IMG/VR virus record: IMGVR_UViG_3300050581_000221
Reading direction: 5' to 3' (one strand)
Length of the DNA stretch: 64,000 nt
Source of the DNA: a virus
Part shown: in pieces, positions 63,291 through 64,000 of the stretch
Layout of the letters: each line of letters opens with the position of its first letter
How positions within the stretch are numbered: position 1 is the first letter of the stretch
Translations under genes and position numbers: made by a program
Notes under the pieces: model-generated
What the model saw: only the letters and a program-made list of their open reading frames with translations
Databases searched by the model: none
Told to the model about the DNA's origin: nothing

Positions 63291-63554
63291 ATGCCTATTC
63301 CATTGTTTCTCTTGGATCGCATTAAGACATCGGCCATGAGCGGCAAGCAGGTGGCCGACGCGCTCGCCAAGCTGGCAACCGTGGCGGACAAGACCGGAAT
63401 CGACGGCTGTGCCGTCAATCTCGAATACGTCAAGAACGGCGACAGATTGCTGTCCGGCGACCTGGTTCCGACCGTCACGTTCTCCTTGAGACGCCAGGAA
63501 CGAGACGTGGAGCCGATGCCGGACGACGTGATCGACGTGGAGGCACAGCCGTGA
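63291..63554 (+). CDS. Hypothetical protein (87 aa)
   Basis: ORF with GTGA overlap to the next gene. Confidence 0.3.
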   Translation: MPIPLFLLDRIKTSAMSGKQVADALAKLATVADKTGIDGCAVNLEYVKNGDRLLSGDLVPTVTFSLRRQERDVEPMPDDVIDVEAQP

Positions 63555-63838
63555 ACCTAGTTCTGTTCATCGTCGGCGTCGTCGGCATGACCCATATCAT
63601 CGTGGACAGCGAAATCAGCGCGCCGGTCTACCAGTGGATCAGGCCGCGCAGCCCGTGGCTCGCGGACATGATGGATTGTTACCAGTGCGCCGGGTTTTGG
63701 TGTGGGGTTGCCCTGGGATTGGCCTTGCTGAGCTATCGGCCCTGCATCGTGTTCGCGGCAGGCTGTGCGGGCAGCTTCCTGGCACAGCTCGGCTGGCTCG
63801 TGCTTGATGCCCTCGAACGCTTCGCAAAGGGCACTTGA
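63551..63838 (+). CDS. Small membrane protein, DUF1360-like (CxxC..W)
   Basis: Two TM segments; DCYQCAGFW motif. Confidence 0.4.
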   Translation: MNLVLFIVGVVGMTHIIVDSEISAPVYQWIRPRSPWLADMMDCYQCAGFWCGVALGLALLSYRPCIVFAAGCAGSFLAQLGWLVLDALERFAKGT

Positions 63839-63889
63839 CCCAAAGCCATCACGCCGACGTGAGCTGGGGCATCGAAGAGGCTCATTTTC

Positions 63890-64000
63890 TATGCACCGAT
63901 TGATAAATGCCGACTGCCTCGACGTGCTGCCGTCGTTACCGGACTTCGCGTGCTGTTTCATGGACCCTCCCGACGCCATCGGGCTGAGCCACAACGGCTA
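63890..64000 (+). CDS. DNA methyltransferase N-terminus (3'-partial at the window end)
   Basis: MHRLINADCLDVLPSLPDFACCFMDPPD resembles the start of N6A/N4C MTases (LxxGDxLexL...DPPY). Confidence 0.35.

Noticed and set aside
1-64000. CRISPR array
   Set aside because: No regularly spaced short direct repeats were found; the only tandem repeats are protein-coding (21.7-23.1 kb).

Overview
High-GC (~63-65%) DNA that reads as a nearly complete genome of a tailed dsDNA bacteriophage or prophage. No bacterial housekeeping genes and no integrase are visible. Genes are tightly packed, with many ATGA/GTGA start-stop overlaps. From 5' to 3' on the + strand the window holds: (i) an envelope-acting or lysis-like module (1-3.3 kb) with two papain-fold cysteine peptidases, an endonuclease VII homologue, two membrane or secreted proteins and a thioredoxin lipoprotein; (ii) a late structural operon (3.4-28.2 kb): GpA-type large terminase, portal, scaffold, major capsid, neck proteins, putative major tail protein, tail assembly chaperone, TP901-type tape measure (1271 aa), three tandem paralogous tail-fibre-like genes, a repeat-rich tail protein with a lambda gpM-like C-terminus, a free-standing gpM-like gene, a 964-aa tail protein and an SPFH/band-7 protein; (iii) a lower-GC accessory island (28.2-32.6 kb) with an AT-rich promoter, two unknown genes (one HExxH zincin-like), about 550 bp of non-coding DNA, an orphan DnaG-type CHC2 zinc-finger gene and an IS110-family insertion sequence; (iv) a minus-strand early operon (32.6-38.1 kb): three unknown Cys/Trp-rich proteins, DnaQ-like exonuclease, dATP/dGTP diphosphohydrolase-like protein, primase-polymerase/SF3 helicase; (v) a 94-bp nested palindrome at the divergent junction (candidate origin or operator); (vi) a + strand replication and nucleotide-metabolism region (38.3-64 kb) with two ParB-like proteins, SNF2 helicase, two calcineurin-like phosphoesterases, tRNA-Asn, a family-A DNA polymerase carrying an inserted DnaJ-like module, VRR-NUC nuclease, sigma-70 factor, 5'-nucleotidase, ATP-dependent DNA ligase, PD-(D/E)XK nuclease and a dense set of DNA methyltransferase genes (eight MTase-like genes in the window: six complete N6A/N4C-type, one disrupted C5-MTase, one partial at the window end). 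The three observations I rank highest are the polymerase-J-domain fusion, the methyltransferase island with an Fe-S (CxxxCxxC) protein and a nucleoside-deoxyribosyltransferase-like protein, and the disrupted dcm-like gene. All assignments rest on motif recognition by eye and gene order; no database search was possible.
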